Positions 42,371 to 56,409 of a DNA stretch of 64,000 nt are shown one piece after another (the first letter of the stretch is position 1; every line of letters begins with the position of its first letter). Below the pieces are notes generated by a model. The model did not search any database, had not been told where the DNA came from, and was given only the letters and a program-made list of their open reading frames with translations. Source of the stretch: the human T2T-CHM13v2.0 reference genome, Homo sapiens. The translations under genes and the position numbers were made by a program. The stretch is taken from assembly GCF_009914755.1 (NCBI RefSeq), contig NC_060931.1; one strand, given 5' to 3'.

Positions 42371-43006
42371 TCAGTTCTCATCTGTGGCTTGGGCCATACA
42401 GAATATATTCCTCCCACTTGAAAACAAGGTTGAAAAAGTGAATCTCTTCCACCCAGAAGCACATTCTGGTCACTGAGTTTGTGGAACCAAGTGGTTCCAG
42501 GGTGCCACTTGCCACCATTAGGTGCCAGCAACACAGCTGAGACTCAGAAACAGAATTCCAATATCAGGACATAGGTCACCATTTTTTTTTGTAAACATTA
42601 CTTGTGACAGAAATGGATTCTTCCTCAGTTCTCCCTGGGTTGCTTTCTACTGAAACTCAGGAGGCTCTGCTGTCACGTACTTCGTTGCCCACATCATCAG
42701 CTCAGCCTTGTCCACAGACCCTGTCAAGTTTACTGGTTTGAGAAAACATCTTCCCACACAGGCCCCATCACCAGGCCACTCAGGATCTTCTGGATCCTGG
42801 ATGAACCCTAATTACCAGCTGGCATCTTTGTCATCGATTCTGTAGGGTTTAGTGGATCAGCAGTTGGTCTGACGTTTTTCATTTCAACAGCATAAAACAT
42901 TTTATCAGCCTTACTGGTGGGGACTGGGTAGCACAATTCATGGCTCCATTCACTCACGCTTCCTGCTAAATTCATATATCAATACATTTCTCTAGAAAGT
43001 ACTATT

Positions 43007-43328
<322 letters not shown>

Positions 43329-43659
43329 AGAAGTACTATTATTTCATACCAACATCTCATCCACAATTTAGATAAACTTAGAAACCTATGAGACCGTTAT
43401 TCTGGAACACTTGTACAAATTACGGTGATACTGAAACAAAAATTCATAGAAAATATATTAAGCAAAAATAATAAGGTGATGAAGGATAACTCCTTAAAGG
43501 TTAAAAGAGTAACAAACATTGCCCATCTTCTAAGCCACTATCAACAAACATTTCTCACAGAAGCACAAGGAAGTGCAGCTTCTGCAAGCCCTGTTGGGGG
43601 TTGGCTAACCTAGTGTTCCTGTCTCTCTGAGCCCCTGGCATTACCTAGAGTGGTAATCC

Positions 43660-45575
43660 TTTCCACTCCATCAACCATCACCCTAGTCCACCTTCTCTCT
43701 CAGTAGATGACCCAACTTCCACTTTGTCCAGAAGCCTGAGGTCAGCCTTACTTTCCTCCTTTATTTCCTTCTTCATTTCAGAACATTCCTGAATCTACAT
43801 CATCCTCCATCCTTCATTCCTTCTCTCCAGTCTGAGAGAAAGAGGTGTTGCTCTTTTCCAATACTAAAAAAGTTCCCGATTCTCATGATCCATATTTGTC
43901 CCATTTTCTCTTGAACCTGCTTCCACCACTGTTCTTTCTCTTGTAGCTTTCCATTTCTCCCTGTACTTAATTGGATCCAAGTATTTAGTAGGAACTTAAT
44001 ATGGCTGTCCAAATGAATCGGTCACCTCATCTTTTTCTTCTGCCTTCATGTGCGTGCACACACAAACTCCCAACATGGAAGGCAAAAGGAGTAACAGCCG
44101 CATTCCCCCCTCTTAATTCTTTCCCTCCTCTCACCTGTGATCAATGGTTTATGCTCCCTTTTCTTCAATGCCCACATCTTAATCCATCTCCCCCAACTCG
44201 TTAATGCACTATAGGCTCCTGTTCTTGAAGGTAAATGACTTCCTAATTGCCTAATCCAATGGCCTTGTTTCAGCCCGTTCTTCTTAACCTCTGCAACATC
44301 TGATACTGCTGACCACGACTTCCTTCTTGATGCTCTTCTCTGGACTTCAGTGAATCTGTAATCTCCCCATCCCGTGTCTGATTGCACACTGTGTGCTCGG
44401 GTGGTTCCTCTTCCTCCTTTATTTTATTATTATTATTTTTTGAGACAGAGTCTTGCTCTGTCGCCCAGACTGGAGTGCAGTGGTGCTATCTCGGCTCACT
44501 GCAACCTCCGCCTCCTGAGTAGCTGGGACTACAGGTGTGCGCCACCACGCCCAGCTAATTTTCATATTTTTAGTAGAGACGGGGTTTCATGTTGGCCAGG
44601 CTGGCCTCAAACTCCTGATCTCAAGTGATCCACTCCCCTCAGCCTCCCAAAGTGCTGGTATTACAGGTGTGAGCCACCGCACCCAGCCCTCTTCCTCCTT
44701 TCAAATGTTGGCATTTCCACCGTTTTGACTCTGTTCTCTCTGGCAGCTATCATCCATTCAAGCAGTTTAAGCCGTCACCTCTGTGTAGGTGACCCCCACA
44801 TGTTTATCACAGGCTGGGCTCTCCCTCAGAGGTTACAGTGATATATTGCAGCCTCCTGCTACAATGTCAAAGATGCGCTTCCAAAGCTGAACCCCTTATT
44901 TTTTCCTAAAAATCTAGCCATCTCACCCTCTATCCTAACATCTCCATGACTGTTCTAGTCACTTGGCTCCAAAACTATGAACTATGATGGTTCTTCTTTA
45001 CATTCATAGACAAGAAGGTGCTAAGCCTTATTAATTTCTCCTTCCTTCAAAACATCTCTTGCATCCAATTCTTTATTTCTGCTGTTGCTGCCACTTCCAC
45101 AGTGAATGTATTTATCACTTTCTAGAAGGACTAAAGCAAATCTAGACATCTCATCTACCTGAGCACTCTGTCTCCCTTTAATTTGCCTATATTTGGCTAC
45201 CAGATTAATCTTCCTAAAACATCTCTGAGCATGCCACTCCCCTCTCCAAACTTCCACTGGCTCCTTACTGTCAAGGAGATAAAGCTGAGAACTCGATACA
45301 TTTACATGTTGATTCCAACTACCTTGTTAGCTCCAGCTCTACTAACCTTCCTGGGTCCTTAACTTGAATGAAGCTGGTCTATTCGCTGTTTCTAGAATGT
45401 CTCTTATACTTCCTATCTTCACACTCTTACACTATTCCTTTACCTGGCATGCCTTTGCTGCTTTTCTCAACTTATCCAAAGACCAGCCAGCTTAGATTCC
45501 TTCTCTTTCCAGACCACTCTAACCCAGTGATCATTCCCAACTCACTGTTCCTACAGCACTTACCATATGTACCAT
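43660..45575 (+). mobile_element. Degraded L2 interrupted by an Alu
   Basis: Pyrimidine-rich L2-like motifs such as tgacttcctaattgcctaatccaatggcc...tgctgaccacgacttccttcttga and ccagattaatcttcctaaaac. Confidence 0.6.
44421..44688 (-). mobile_element. AluS with a ~30-bp internal deletion
   Basis: Junction gcaacctccgcctcc|tgagtagc; 13-bp TSD ctcttcctccttt. Confidence 0.92.
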
Positions 45576-45823
45576 CTGACTTCAGCTCTGACTTCCTAGG
45601 GGCAGTTCTGCTAACATCCAGCACCTGATTGGAGCCCCACCTCCACCCTGGGCCCATGGATCTGCTGGAGGGTGTTCCCTTCTTGCTTCAATCCTGAGCT
45701 CCGACCTCCATCTACGCACTGTGACTGCACGTCTGTAGGAATCCTCGTGCCTGACAAGACTATTCTGGCTTGCTTATTCAGAATCCGTACTTCACCCGTT
45801 TCTTCCCACTGTTCTTTTTGTTC

Positions 45824-45867
45824 AAGTCAACATCCCCCTTATTCTAAGTCAACATCCCCCTTATTCT
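45824..45867. repeat. Perfect 22-bp tandem duplication
   Basis: aagtcaacatcccccttattct occurs twice. Confidence 0.95.
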
Positions 45868-47948
45868 AGAACAACACAGAATATGGCTATTCCCTATTTA
45901 TCAGTATCAAGTGAATATCCATATTGTTCTAGATGTTGTATACAATATAGAAATGACCAATTACTTGGCTTTCAGTAACTTAGCCACTGAAGAGTCAAAG
46001 CAAAACAGCCATTTCCTTCATCCTTTCGTGTCAAGCCTGCTGCTTATTTTTCAGTCTTTAAGTACCCGGAAGGGGGCGGTCAGAGAGAGCGACAGCAGAA
46101 ATACGCTGTTCATACATAAAGAAGGTGAGGTGCTAGTCTCTGTTTTCACTGTTTCAAAAAGATCTTGGTGGAAAGGCCGTCCACGGTGCAGAAGTGGAAT
46201 TTTACAGAGGGGAAGAGGGTGGCTTATGACTTATTTGTTATTGGGATGACAGCCAAGGGTCATAAAATTGTGGAAATCATCACTGGCTGCCTCTGATGAC
46301 AGATGCCCAGGATCAGACAGGAGGCCTACATGGCTGGAAACACCCTGCACCACAGCCGGCTGCCTCAGACTCCGGCCTGGCCTGGTGTGGCCCCTGCTGC
46401 CCCTTTATGAAGTCAACAGCCGCTATTCCAATGACTGGACCCAACGCTCAGTGCAGACGTGTTACCTTTGTTCTGTAGCAGAGGCCACTTTGCTTCAGGC
46501 AGCAAAATGCTCCAACAAGATATAGTTAAAGTCTTTAACAGTAATACTTTTTTAAATCCCTGAAATACCTTCATAAGGAATAAGACACTGCTGGTGGTTT
46601 TGTAGCTTAATCTTAAAATAATCTTATGGCAACACACTTATTTCCAAACATTTCTCCTTGAGAGTATTTCTCTGGAACAAACCTTCCCTATTAGTTTAGC
46701 TTTCAGAGAGTTGAGCCCACAACGTATTACTTCTCTATTTATTCAGATCCTAAAGTGAGGGACAATAAAGTGGGGGTGCAGAGGGGGACTCAATGTTTTT
46801 TTCCACTTGAAAGTAAAAGCTAAATGTCTCCTCTCATTTCTTTCTGTATTGACCTCTGGACTAGTCAAGGCTACTTCCCGCCTCATTTGTCAATATCCTT
46901 TTCAGGAAAAACAGAGGCTTAATGCACATTGTCAGTTTGATCCAATGGCAAAATCTCAACTGCTTTTTAAGTTATCTCTGCACTTCCTAGTTGGCTCTTG
47001 AAAGAGAAGGCGGATTTTACTCCTTCTAGGTGAGAGACCAGGGGGACTACTGGACTTGGGAGGGCAAGTTTCGAGCCCATGGGGAGCAGTAAGAGGAACC
47101 CAGGAGGTCACGGTAGGATAAATCTGCCATAACCACACCTGCTCCTACAGGAATGACCTGACCCAGACTTTTCCACAAAAGCCTTAGTGGCCTCCCAAGA
47201 TAAAACCTGTCAAAATGGCCACATTTTCATTCACTAAAGGACAGGGAGTCACCATAACCTAGAACTAAAGCTTTTAACAAGTAGCATGCCTATTACCATA
47301 CCACTCTGTCTCATAAACAGGCTGAAGTCATAAACACTGAATCTCAGATATGCATGGGGTTCTTACATGCTTGTTAATTACACAGACACGAGTTCATGTG
47401 GTTGCTACAGAAGTGATAAGTAAAAAGCACTGAAGAACAAATTTATTAAAATTTAAAACAACTTCTATTACACAACTATATATAATAAACTCTTCATTGC
47501 ATATGACAAATGAAAAATAGCACCTATAAAACTGACATTAAAATATATGCTATAGTTAGAAGAATTAAAGTCCACTATTTGTAAGACATTATTCCTTATT
47601 ACCATAAAGCTGACAAAGTCTCTCATGCCGAAACAAATCCAGGTTACCCAGACTTAGGGTGCACTTTGATATGCTAAAGGCAATGAGGGTTCTGACCCTT
47701 CTTTTAGTTACTTTATTGAAATTCTCATTTTGCATTTATAAAAAGCATGTATGCAAGTCTGCATTTCAAAATACTATTTTTAAAACATCTGCCTTCTAGC
47801 CTTAATTATAGATGCCATTTATGTCTATAAAATGCTAGACTTGACTTCATCTGCTATTCCTCAGGATTCTTAAAACACTTATGAGTCTCCAGGTTTTAAA
47901 ATCTTGAGTACTAAGTACACAGCAGGCTCCAGGACAGATGTTTTATGG

Positions 47949-47997
47949 ACAGGGTAAGCATACGTCCTACTGCCGGTTGGACGTATGCTTACCCTGT
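47949..47997. repeat. Perfect 19-bp inverted repeat with an 11-nt spacer
   Basis: acagggtaagcatacgtcc / ggacgtatgcttaccctgt. Confidence 0.97.
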
Positions 47998-48122
47998 TAG
48001 GCCAATTCAATTATTCAGAGCACCCTCCCTACTTTCATTCTCACAAAGGTCCTACTTTGAAAACTGGGAAGTCATGTGATGGGTTTAAGCTTCTGTGATA
48101 AGTGAAAAAAATCAGACCCTGA

Positions 48123-48312
<190 letters not shown>

Positions 48313-48433
48313 TTCAAACCTATGTAATTCTATGCACCTTTTGGTTTCTCTTTGTCTTAATGGTTTAATGAGAAATTCATTGGTCTGGGGCTACAAATAA
48401 TGTAATAATAAGAATATCTAAAAATCTTCATGA

Positions 48434-48794
<361 letters not shown>

Positions 48795-49813
48795 TAAAAA
48801 ATGACATTTGTTAAGGGACTGGCTCATTTAGCATATTTTCCCCCCACTATTTACTTAGTTTCTTCATAACTTTATATTTCACAATTAGATGAACTGAAAA
48901 GTTGCTTCATATCTGAGTAACATTTCCTTTCCATTTCACCACCCCTAAATAAATTATCTACTGGAAGATCAGACTACAAGGATGAGTGAGGGTTCAACTA
49001 CAATAAAAAAAAATAAATTGAATTCAATTTCACTGAATTCTAGCAAAGCTCAAGCCCTGATTCCCAGGGAGGTGATCTCTAAAATAGTGGCACCAATTTT
49101 ATCGGTATGTAATATTTAATTTGGGTTTGGCAGATGTAAAACAGATTACCGCTCAGAATCCAGTTATATTATTCAAGAGAATGGAATCATGAACACCTGA
49201 TTTTAAGAGGTACTAACTTCCTTACTTCCTAAAATCTTCTGGACACAAGCTCTGGCTGAATAATGAGTACTTAATAGATGCTACAGATCTTTTTTTTTTT
49301 TTTTCATAATAAAGAACTCAAAGGAAGGATTAATTCTCATATTTAATGAAATGCCATATCTGTCTAATATAGATTATGCACATAAGACATAACAAAATTA
49401 TAGAATATGTCAAAAATATATGAATGTTGGAAATATGCATCTAAATGGACATTTTTAAACACCTAGAAAGGGTTAATCTGTATAACCCCTGAGAACCCTG
49501 GATGACATGGTGATCTAATACCTCAGGGGGTCAAAAAGTACTTGGAAAGTTTCCTTCATTGACATACTAAATAATATTCATAAAGTTTTAATAATCCTGC
49601 TTATTAAGTTTATATTTCACAAGGAGTACACAGATAATTTCAGGTTAGCCCATTCTAAATGATACATTTCCAAAACAGTGTATACTGAATGTCCCTGGGG
49701 CTTTTATACCATTTTCAATCAATGTCTGTTTACCCACTAGTTGTGCAATGTTAAATATATAGTATATTCCACCAGAGCACAGCTTAGGATCAACCACAAG
49801 CTCTACAGAATTC

Positions 49814-50234
49814 TTTTTTTTTATTATTATTATACTTTAAGTTTTAGGGTACATGTGCACAATGTGCAGATTAGTTACATATGTATACATGTGCCATGCT
49901 GGTGTGCTGCACCCATTAACTCGTCATTTAGCATTAGGTATATCTCCTAATGCTATCCCTACCCCCTCCCCCCACCCCACAACAGTCCCCAGAGTGTGAT
50001 GTTCCCCTTCCTGTGTCCATGTGTTCTCACTGTTCAATTCCCATCTATGAGTGAGAACATGCGGTGTTTGGTTTTTTGTCCTTGCGATAGTCTACTGAGA
50101 ATGATGATTTCCAATTTCATCTTGCAGCACTATTCACAATAGCAAAGACTTGGAACCAACCCAAATGTCCAACAATGATAGACTGGATTAAGAAAATGTG
50201 GCACATATACACCATGGAATACTATGCAGCCATA
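49814..50234 (-). mobile_element. Short young L1PA (about PA2-4) with a 5' inversion
   Basis: 3' UTR on the minus strand at 49814-50121, inverted segment at 50122-50234, and a 14-bp TSD tacagaattctttt. Confidence 0.93.
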
Positions 50235-51059
50235 CAGAATTCTTTTGTCAATAATGACAATAACAATACTACTGATTGCAGCACTGGGCATTTGAAAAAA
50301 ACAAAAAACATGAAATAAAATCAATCATCAAGTCTGTATTAAGGGTCCTCTACATAAAAAAAGATTAGGGTTGAGCACAACAGGAAACACAAAGACATCT
50401 AAGACATCGTCACCGACCTAAAGGAGCTTAGAATCTCATGGGGATTGCCAAGTACAATGCAAATTAAAAAGGACAGCTGGTAATTCTAAGGCAACATAAA
50501 CAACTTGCCAAAGTAAACACTAGAAGTTTAGAGGCAGGAGTCACTATGCATTGTGGTCAGGCAAAGTTTCACAGCAGAACTAAGACTCAAGCTGCAATTA
50601 GAAAGATGGGGCAGAAGGCTAGTGCTCCAAATCCTGCAAACAGAGTGTACTTCAGTCCATCAGGAGAGTGAGACTCATGGCGGGAGCGGCCAGCACTGCG
50701 GTCTCTGTACTAGAAAGCTCAGGCTTTGCTTGGAGACAACTGAGGTGCGTTTGCATAGTGGCAATACAATAACAAATGCTAAAGCAATAAATAACCACCA
50801 GTATGCACTGTGTATACAACTACCTAGTTATCCAGAATTGTCATCTTCTGATAACTTCTATCTTCTAGAAGTAATTTCTAAATACTCAGAGAGCTGGGGG
50901 GAAGCCCAACCATGAGAGCTGCTCATCTAATTTCTCCTTTCGCCTTCTCTCTCACTGGCTGCCATCTAACACATCAACAAGTGGTAGGTGACTGTCCTGA
51001 TTGCCTTTGCTCTCTATATGTCAGACTCCAGGTGTTTGCTCGATACAACAAAACTACAG

Positions 51060-51175
51060 TGTTTCCCTGTTTTAGAGATGAGTAAATGGAGCTATAATTT
51101 GTCCAAAGTCACTTCGCCTCTGCTAGCAGGGCTGGGATTTGAACTGAGGTCTGCCTGACTCCCAAATCCATGCCA
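51060..51175 (-). mobile_element. MIR
   Basis: ttttagagatgagtaaa...tttgtccaaagtcac...gctgggatttgaactgaggtctgcctgactcc. Confidence 0.7.
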
Positions 51176-51579
51176 CCAGCCAAACTTCTTCATTCTTTAG
51201 GTTCTCAGACTACAATCACCAAACAACGAGATGAGTCCCACACCAGCCAAAGGAAAAATGAGGGCTGATAAGTGAAGGAAGACAGACTGAAACTACAGGA
51301 CGCACCTGACTATACGTCACCTGATAAAATAGTGGATGTCAACAACAATGACCCTGAGTCATCTCTCATTTCTGTGTCTTCTGGTTATGACATCTGAGAA
51401 ATATAACCATAAGAAATGATTAAAATAAAATACATTTACCTATTTAAAGAGGTAACCACTGCTTATCTGATGCATAGGGGGTCAGTGCAGAGAAGTGGCC
51501 TTGAGTAAGAAGAGCCGGGCTAAGGGAGCTTGGGCAAGTGCTCAGCCAATGGGAAAGCTGGTCCAGAGGGGTAAGGGGG

Positions 51580-52650
51580 ACCCGGACTAAGGAACTGCCT
51601 GAGAAAACAGGAAGCAGCAGAAATATAAAACTCTGCAGAGGAGAAAAGGTGAGACATGCTGACAGATGAGATGTGAGAGCAAAGGAAAGAGGGGACTAGA
51701 ACACATTTGGGGTGCCAGAAGGAGTGGGGCTCCACGAGTGAGAAGGAAGATGGGAAGTGGAGTTGAAGTGTTGGGGGAGGGGAGAATAGAATCTGTTTTC
51801 AACATGTTGAATTATGAGCACTAACGGGATATCTACGTTGAAATGTCCAGTGTTCAGCTATTCATACTGAAACTCAGAGGCAAGAAATTGCTTAATTTAC
51901 TGAAGTGTCAGGAGCTAATGGTCTTTCCTAACCAGCACCCAGTTCCTACTTGCTAGGTTGAATTGTGAATGACGATCACCCACTTTGAAAAGGGAATGGA
52001 AATCAATAGGATGGGCTGGGCCTGCATGGGATTAACTGGAAGGGGAAGAGAGCAAGGTGACCCTGAACTAGTTCATGGGTAAGGCCAAAGACAGAGGGAC
52101 ACAGCCAAAAGACCAGAAGGCCAGAATGAGAAATAGCAAATGGGAAAAAGATCTAAATCAAAGGTTCATGCCCCAAAGGGACTAAGAGAATGGTGCTGCT
52201 GACGGTAAGAGCACAGGCCAGCTAGAAGGGCTTGGTTTGGGGCAGATTTTGTTTTAGGCATTAGTAACAACAAAGAGGAAATGTTCTATATGCAACAAGA
52301 AAAAAGCCAGGTTAGGGAATGGGCGCAAGGTCATGGGTGGAGATGTGGACCTGAAGGCTGTCATCAACACCTCGGTGGAAATGGAGTCCCCGTGGGTAAA
52401 GCTGTTTCCCAGGAGAAATGCTGTAGAAAGTAGAGCAGATGGCAAATCAAGTAATCCTCGGGGGCAGAGACATTGTCAAATAGTATGAGGAGGACAATAT
52501 GAGTCACAGGGAAACATCAAGGATGAAATGATGATAAACACAATTAAGGGATTGATCCAGGAGAATGAAAACAGAGAAAGAGTGGCAGAGCCTGGCTGGG
52601 AATGAGCCAATAGCCCTCTTTTCCCACAGGGTCAGGAGCAGGGAAAGAAG
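51580..52650 (-). mobile_element. Degraded L2
   Basis: Purine-rich; tgttttcaacatgttgaattatgag...gaaatgtccag resembles L2. Confidence 0.45.
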
Positions 52651-53219
52651 GGTGCTCTCCTGGGAAGAGAACCAAATGCACCATGTCACGCCTCCTGCTC
52701 TTCCAAGAAATGTGGTTCTCTTAAGAACGTTCAAAATCTTTTATGTCATCTGCCTTGAATCTGCAAATGCTACCATAGGCTGTGTTTCTTTGATTGAGAA
52801 AACATCCTTTTCCTAACATTTGCAAATTCTCCACACATCTATCTACTTATTGACTCATTATTTGTCAGAGTTACATGTTCAGACTTAATTCTCTTTCTGC
52901 AAGCTGCTAACTTGGCCCCAAATAACTCCTTTTGGTAACTCTGCTATACTGCTTTGAATGAAGCCATCAACCACTGTGGGTGAGCCAGCCTTGCCCTGCA
53001 GTGGGTGAGTACAGACAACCCATAATTGTTTATCTACAGGACATGGTGTCAAGAGCTCATAAGCAATCTGAAAATTCCCAATCCAATCCAGTGCTGAAGC
53101 AAACACTGATAAGACACAAACGCTTTTTCAGCTTCTTTCTCCAGGAAACTGATGGGATCAATGAAAAGAAAATAAAACAATTCAAAGAATCCTTTTTGAA
53201 ACAAGAGTGGCATTGGCTA

Positions 53220-53525
53220 ATTTTTTTTTTTTTTTTTTTTTTTGAGACAGGGTCTCACTGTCACCCAGGCTGGAGTAGAGTGGTGCAATCATAGCTCATT
53301 GTAGGCTCAACTTTCTGGGCTCAAGAGATCCTCCCACCTCAGTCTCCCAAGTAGCTGGGATTACAGGTGTGCGCCATCATGCCTGCCTAATTTATTTTTA
53401 TTTTTTTATAGAGACGGGGTCTCCCTATGTTGTCCAGGCTGGTCTCGAACTCCTGGGCTCAAGCGATCCTCCTGCCTCACACTCTCAAGGTGCTGGGATT
53501 ACAGGTGTGAGCCACTGTGCCTGGC
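53220..53525 (-). mobile_element. AluJ
   Basis: Dimer with J-type gggctcaag and atcatagctca. Confidence 0.93.
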
Positions 53526-53578
53526 TGGGTTAAGAACCTTATTTAGAAAAACACAAAACACCACTTTCTAAACATAGC

Positions 53579-53994
53579 ATATGAATCTGCCAGGGTTGGG
53601 GTACCAAAGCACCACTGACTGGGCAGCCTAAACAGCAGACGCTGTCTCACAGTTCAAGAAGCTGGAGTCCAAGACCAAGGTGTCAGCAGGGCTGGTTCCT
53701 TCTGAGGGCTGGAAGGGAAGGGTCTGTTCTAGGCCTCCCTCCTTGGCTCACTGATGACTGTCTTCTCTGTGTGTCTCTTCACATCATCTTCCCTCTGTGT
53801 GTATCTGTGTCCAAATTTCCCTTTTAATAAGGACATCAGTTGTATTGGGTTAGGGCCCACCCTGATGACCTCACTTTAACCTGATTCCTTCTATAAAGTC
53901 CCTACCTCCAAATAAAGTCACATTCTGAGATATGGAAGGTTAGGAATTTAAGATATGAATTTGGCAGGGGGGAAACACAATTCAACCCATAACA
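53579..53994 (-). mobile_element. MLT1B-like MaLR LTR
   Basis: tctcacagttc...gtccaagaccaaggtgtcagcagggctggttccttctgag...aattcaacccataaca. Confidence 0.8.
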
Positions 53995-54325
53995 ATAGTT
54001 TTAAGGAAACCAAAAGCATTTTACTAAAGTATAATTTTCTCAGGTTAAATAATTACCATATTCCAAAAGAAGTCTCTTCGGTTTTCCCTTCTTGGAGATA
54101 AGACATTTCACTTTGTGCTTTCTCTATATCTTACCTTAAAGGACCTATAAGTTCATTTCAATTAGTCTAATATCATAGCTGGAAACAAGTAAAAGCATAC
54201 TATCTACTTTAAATTAAGCTCTGCATGAGTTGATGTTACAACGCTTCTGAAAAAGGCCATATAGGAATGTATCTCTCAATCTACTGAGGAGCAACTGTAG
54301 TCACTTTGGTATAAAAGAGAATTGG

Positions 54326-54606
54326 AGCCAGGTTCAGTGGCTCACACCTGTAATTCCAATGCTTTGGGAGGCCGCGATGGGTGGACTGCTTGAGCCCAGA
54401 AGTTCAAGACCAACCTGGGCAACATGGTGAAATCCTGTCTCTACAAAAAACAAAAAAAATTAGCCAGGTGTGGTGGTGCACACCCATAGTCCCAGCTATT
54501 CGGGAGGCTGAGGTGGGAGGATCACTTGAAGCTGGGAGGTAGAGGTTGCAGCAAGCTGTGATTGCAACACTGCATTCCAGCCTGGGTGACAGAGTAGACC
54601 CTGTCT

Positions 54607-54608
<2 letters not shown>
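54326..54608 (+). mobile_element. AluJ (antisense to HIPK2) whose tail is a GA microsatellite
   Basis: Dimer; flanks agaga(a)ttgg. Confidence 0.92.

Positions 54609-54676
<68 letters not shown>
54609..54676. repeat. Pure (GA)34 microsatellite
   Basis: Direct count of 68 bp. Confidence 0.97.
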
Positions 54677-54679
<3 letters not shown>

Positions 54680-55538
54680 GGAGTGGCTTATTAATAACAC
54701 AAAAACTAGGTTTCCAGTTTTGATTCTGTGTGTGTCTGAGGCAGAACCTAAGTAGGCCCCAAAAGCCACCTCAAGAGTGGCTGGCAGTGGGCGGCCAAGT
54801 TCAGGCCACCCCTCTTCATGCCCCTCAGCATCGAGGAGGAGCCCCGGCTTGGTTCTTCCTCGTGTGCCCTCTCTCACCTGCCATCCACATTGTTCTGTTT
54901 TTCAACACTGCATTTTCTTTCCAATGGAGGATCTCAAGAAGACAACCTTTTAAATAAACGTGGTGGGATGAAAAAGGCAAACACCCACAAACTATGAAAA
55001 CAAAATCAGCTGTACTTCTGGTTTCAACCCAGAGGAATTCCATTTAAATCCACATTTTTTCAAAGATCTAGAAGGCTGCTTACCTTGTCCCTGAAATGTT
55101 CTAAATAAGGACGGTTAAAGTTTCAGCAGTACCAGTTTTCAGGTGTTTGAATCACAAACCTTTACGAAAGAAAGCACCTTCCCTGAATTTTTCAGCCACT
55201 TCCTAACATGACATACCAATGTCCCTCCATTCACTACTGGTTCAAAATCCTCACTGACCACCTCAAGAGACAAGTAAACCAGACCTGCAGCAGATACTGA
55301 GGAGGCCAGGTGTGTGCCTGGCAACGGAAGGTAAGCCTCAGATGGACTTTTCCTATCCTTTAGAAATGTTTGGTAAAGTCTAAATCAAGACTAAAAATCT
55401 GGTAGGCTTTTTCTCTTCTGAGCAAGAGTGAATTTGTTAGCCTTAAATGTCTGGTACTATGTTGGTAAAGTAAAATGATGCGTTTTACTAGCCAAACACC
55501 CATTTCCGGCCCAGTCCACAGCTGAGGTGCCTTTTTGA

Positions 55539-55952
<414 letters not shown>

Positions 55953-55975
55953 TAATTTTCATTTAAACTAAAAAC

Positions 55976-56409
55976 TGTGTAGATTCTATTACTATGTGTC
56001 CTCCCAAAAGATATGTTAAGTCCTAACCCCCAGTACCTGTGAATGTGATCTTTTTTGGAAATGGGGTCTTTTCAGAGGTAATCAAGTTACAATAAATTCA
56101 TTAAGGTGAGCCGTAATCCCATATGACTGGTGTCCTTGTAAGAGGAGACACAGACATACACACAGAGTGCGGGCCACACATCGACAGAGGCAGAGACTGG
56201 AGCAATGCAGCTGTAACCCAAGGGATGCCCAGCATTGTTGGGAGCCATCAGAAGCCGAGAGAAGGCAAGAAGGGGATTTACCTGGAGTCTTCGAGGGAAC
56301 GTGGCCCTGCCAACTCCTCCAAAACTGTGAGAGAAGACATTTCTGTTGTTTTAGGCCACCTATTAATAGTTTGTGTTAATTTGTTACAGTCACCCTATGA
56401 AACTAGTAC
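55976..56409 (+). mobile_element. MLT1C-like MaLR LTR
   Basis: aagtcctaacccccagtacctgtgaatgtga...tgactggtgtcctt...ccaaaactgtgagag...gaaactagtac. Confidence 0.8.

Noticed and set aside
54404-54877. ORFs with (SL)n or (ER)n runs and other Alu-derived ORFs
   Set aside because: They are translations of the (GA)34 repeat and Alu consensus sequence.
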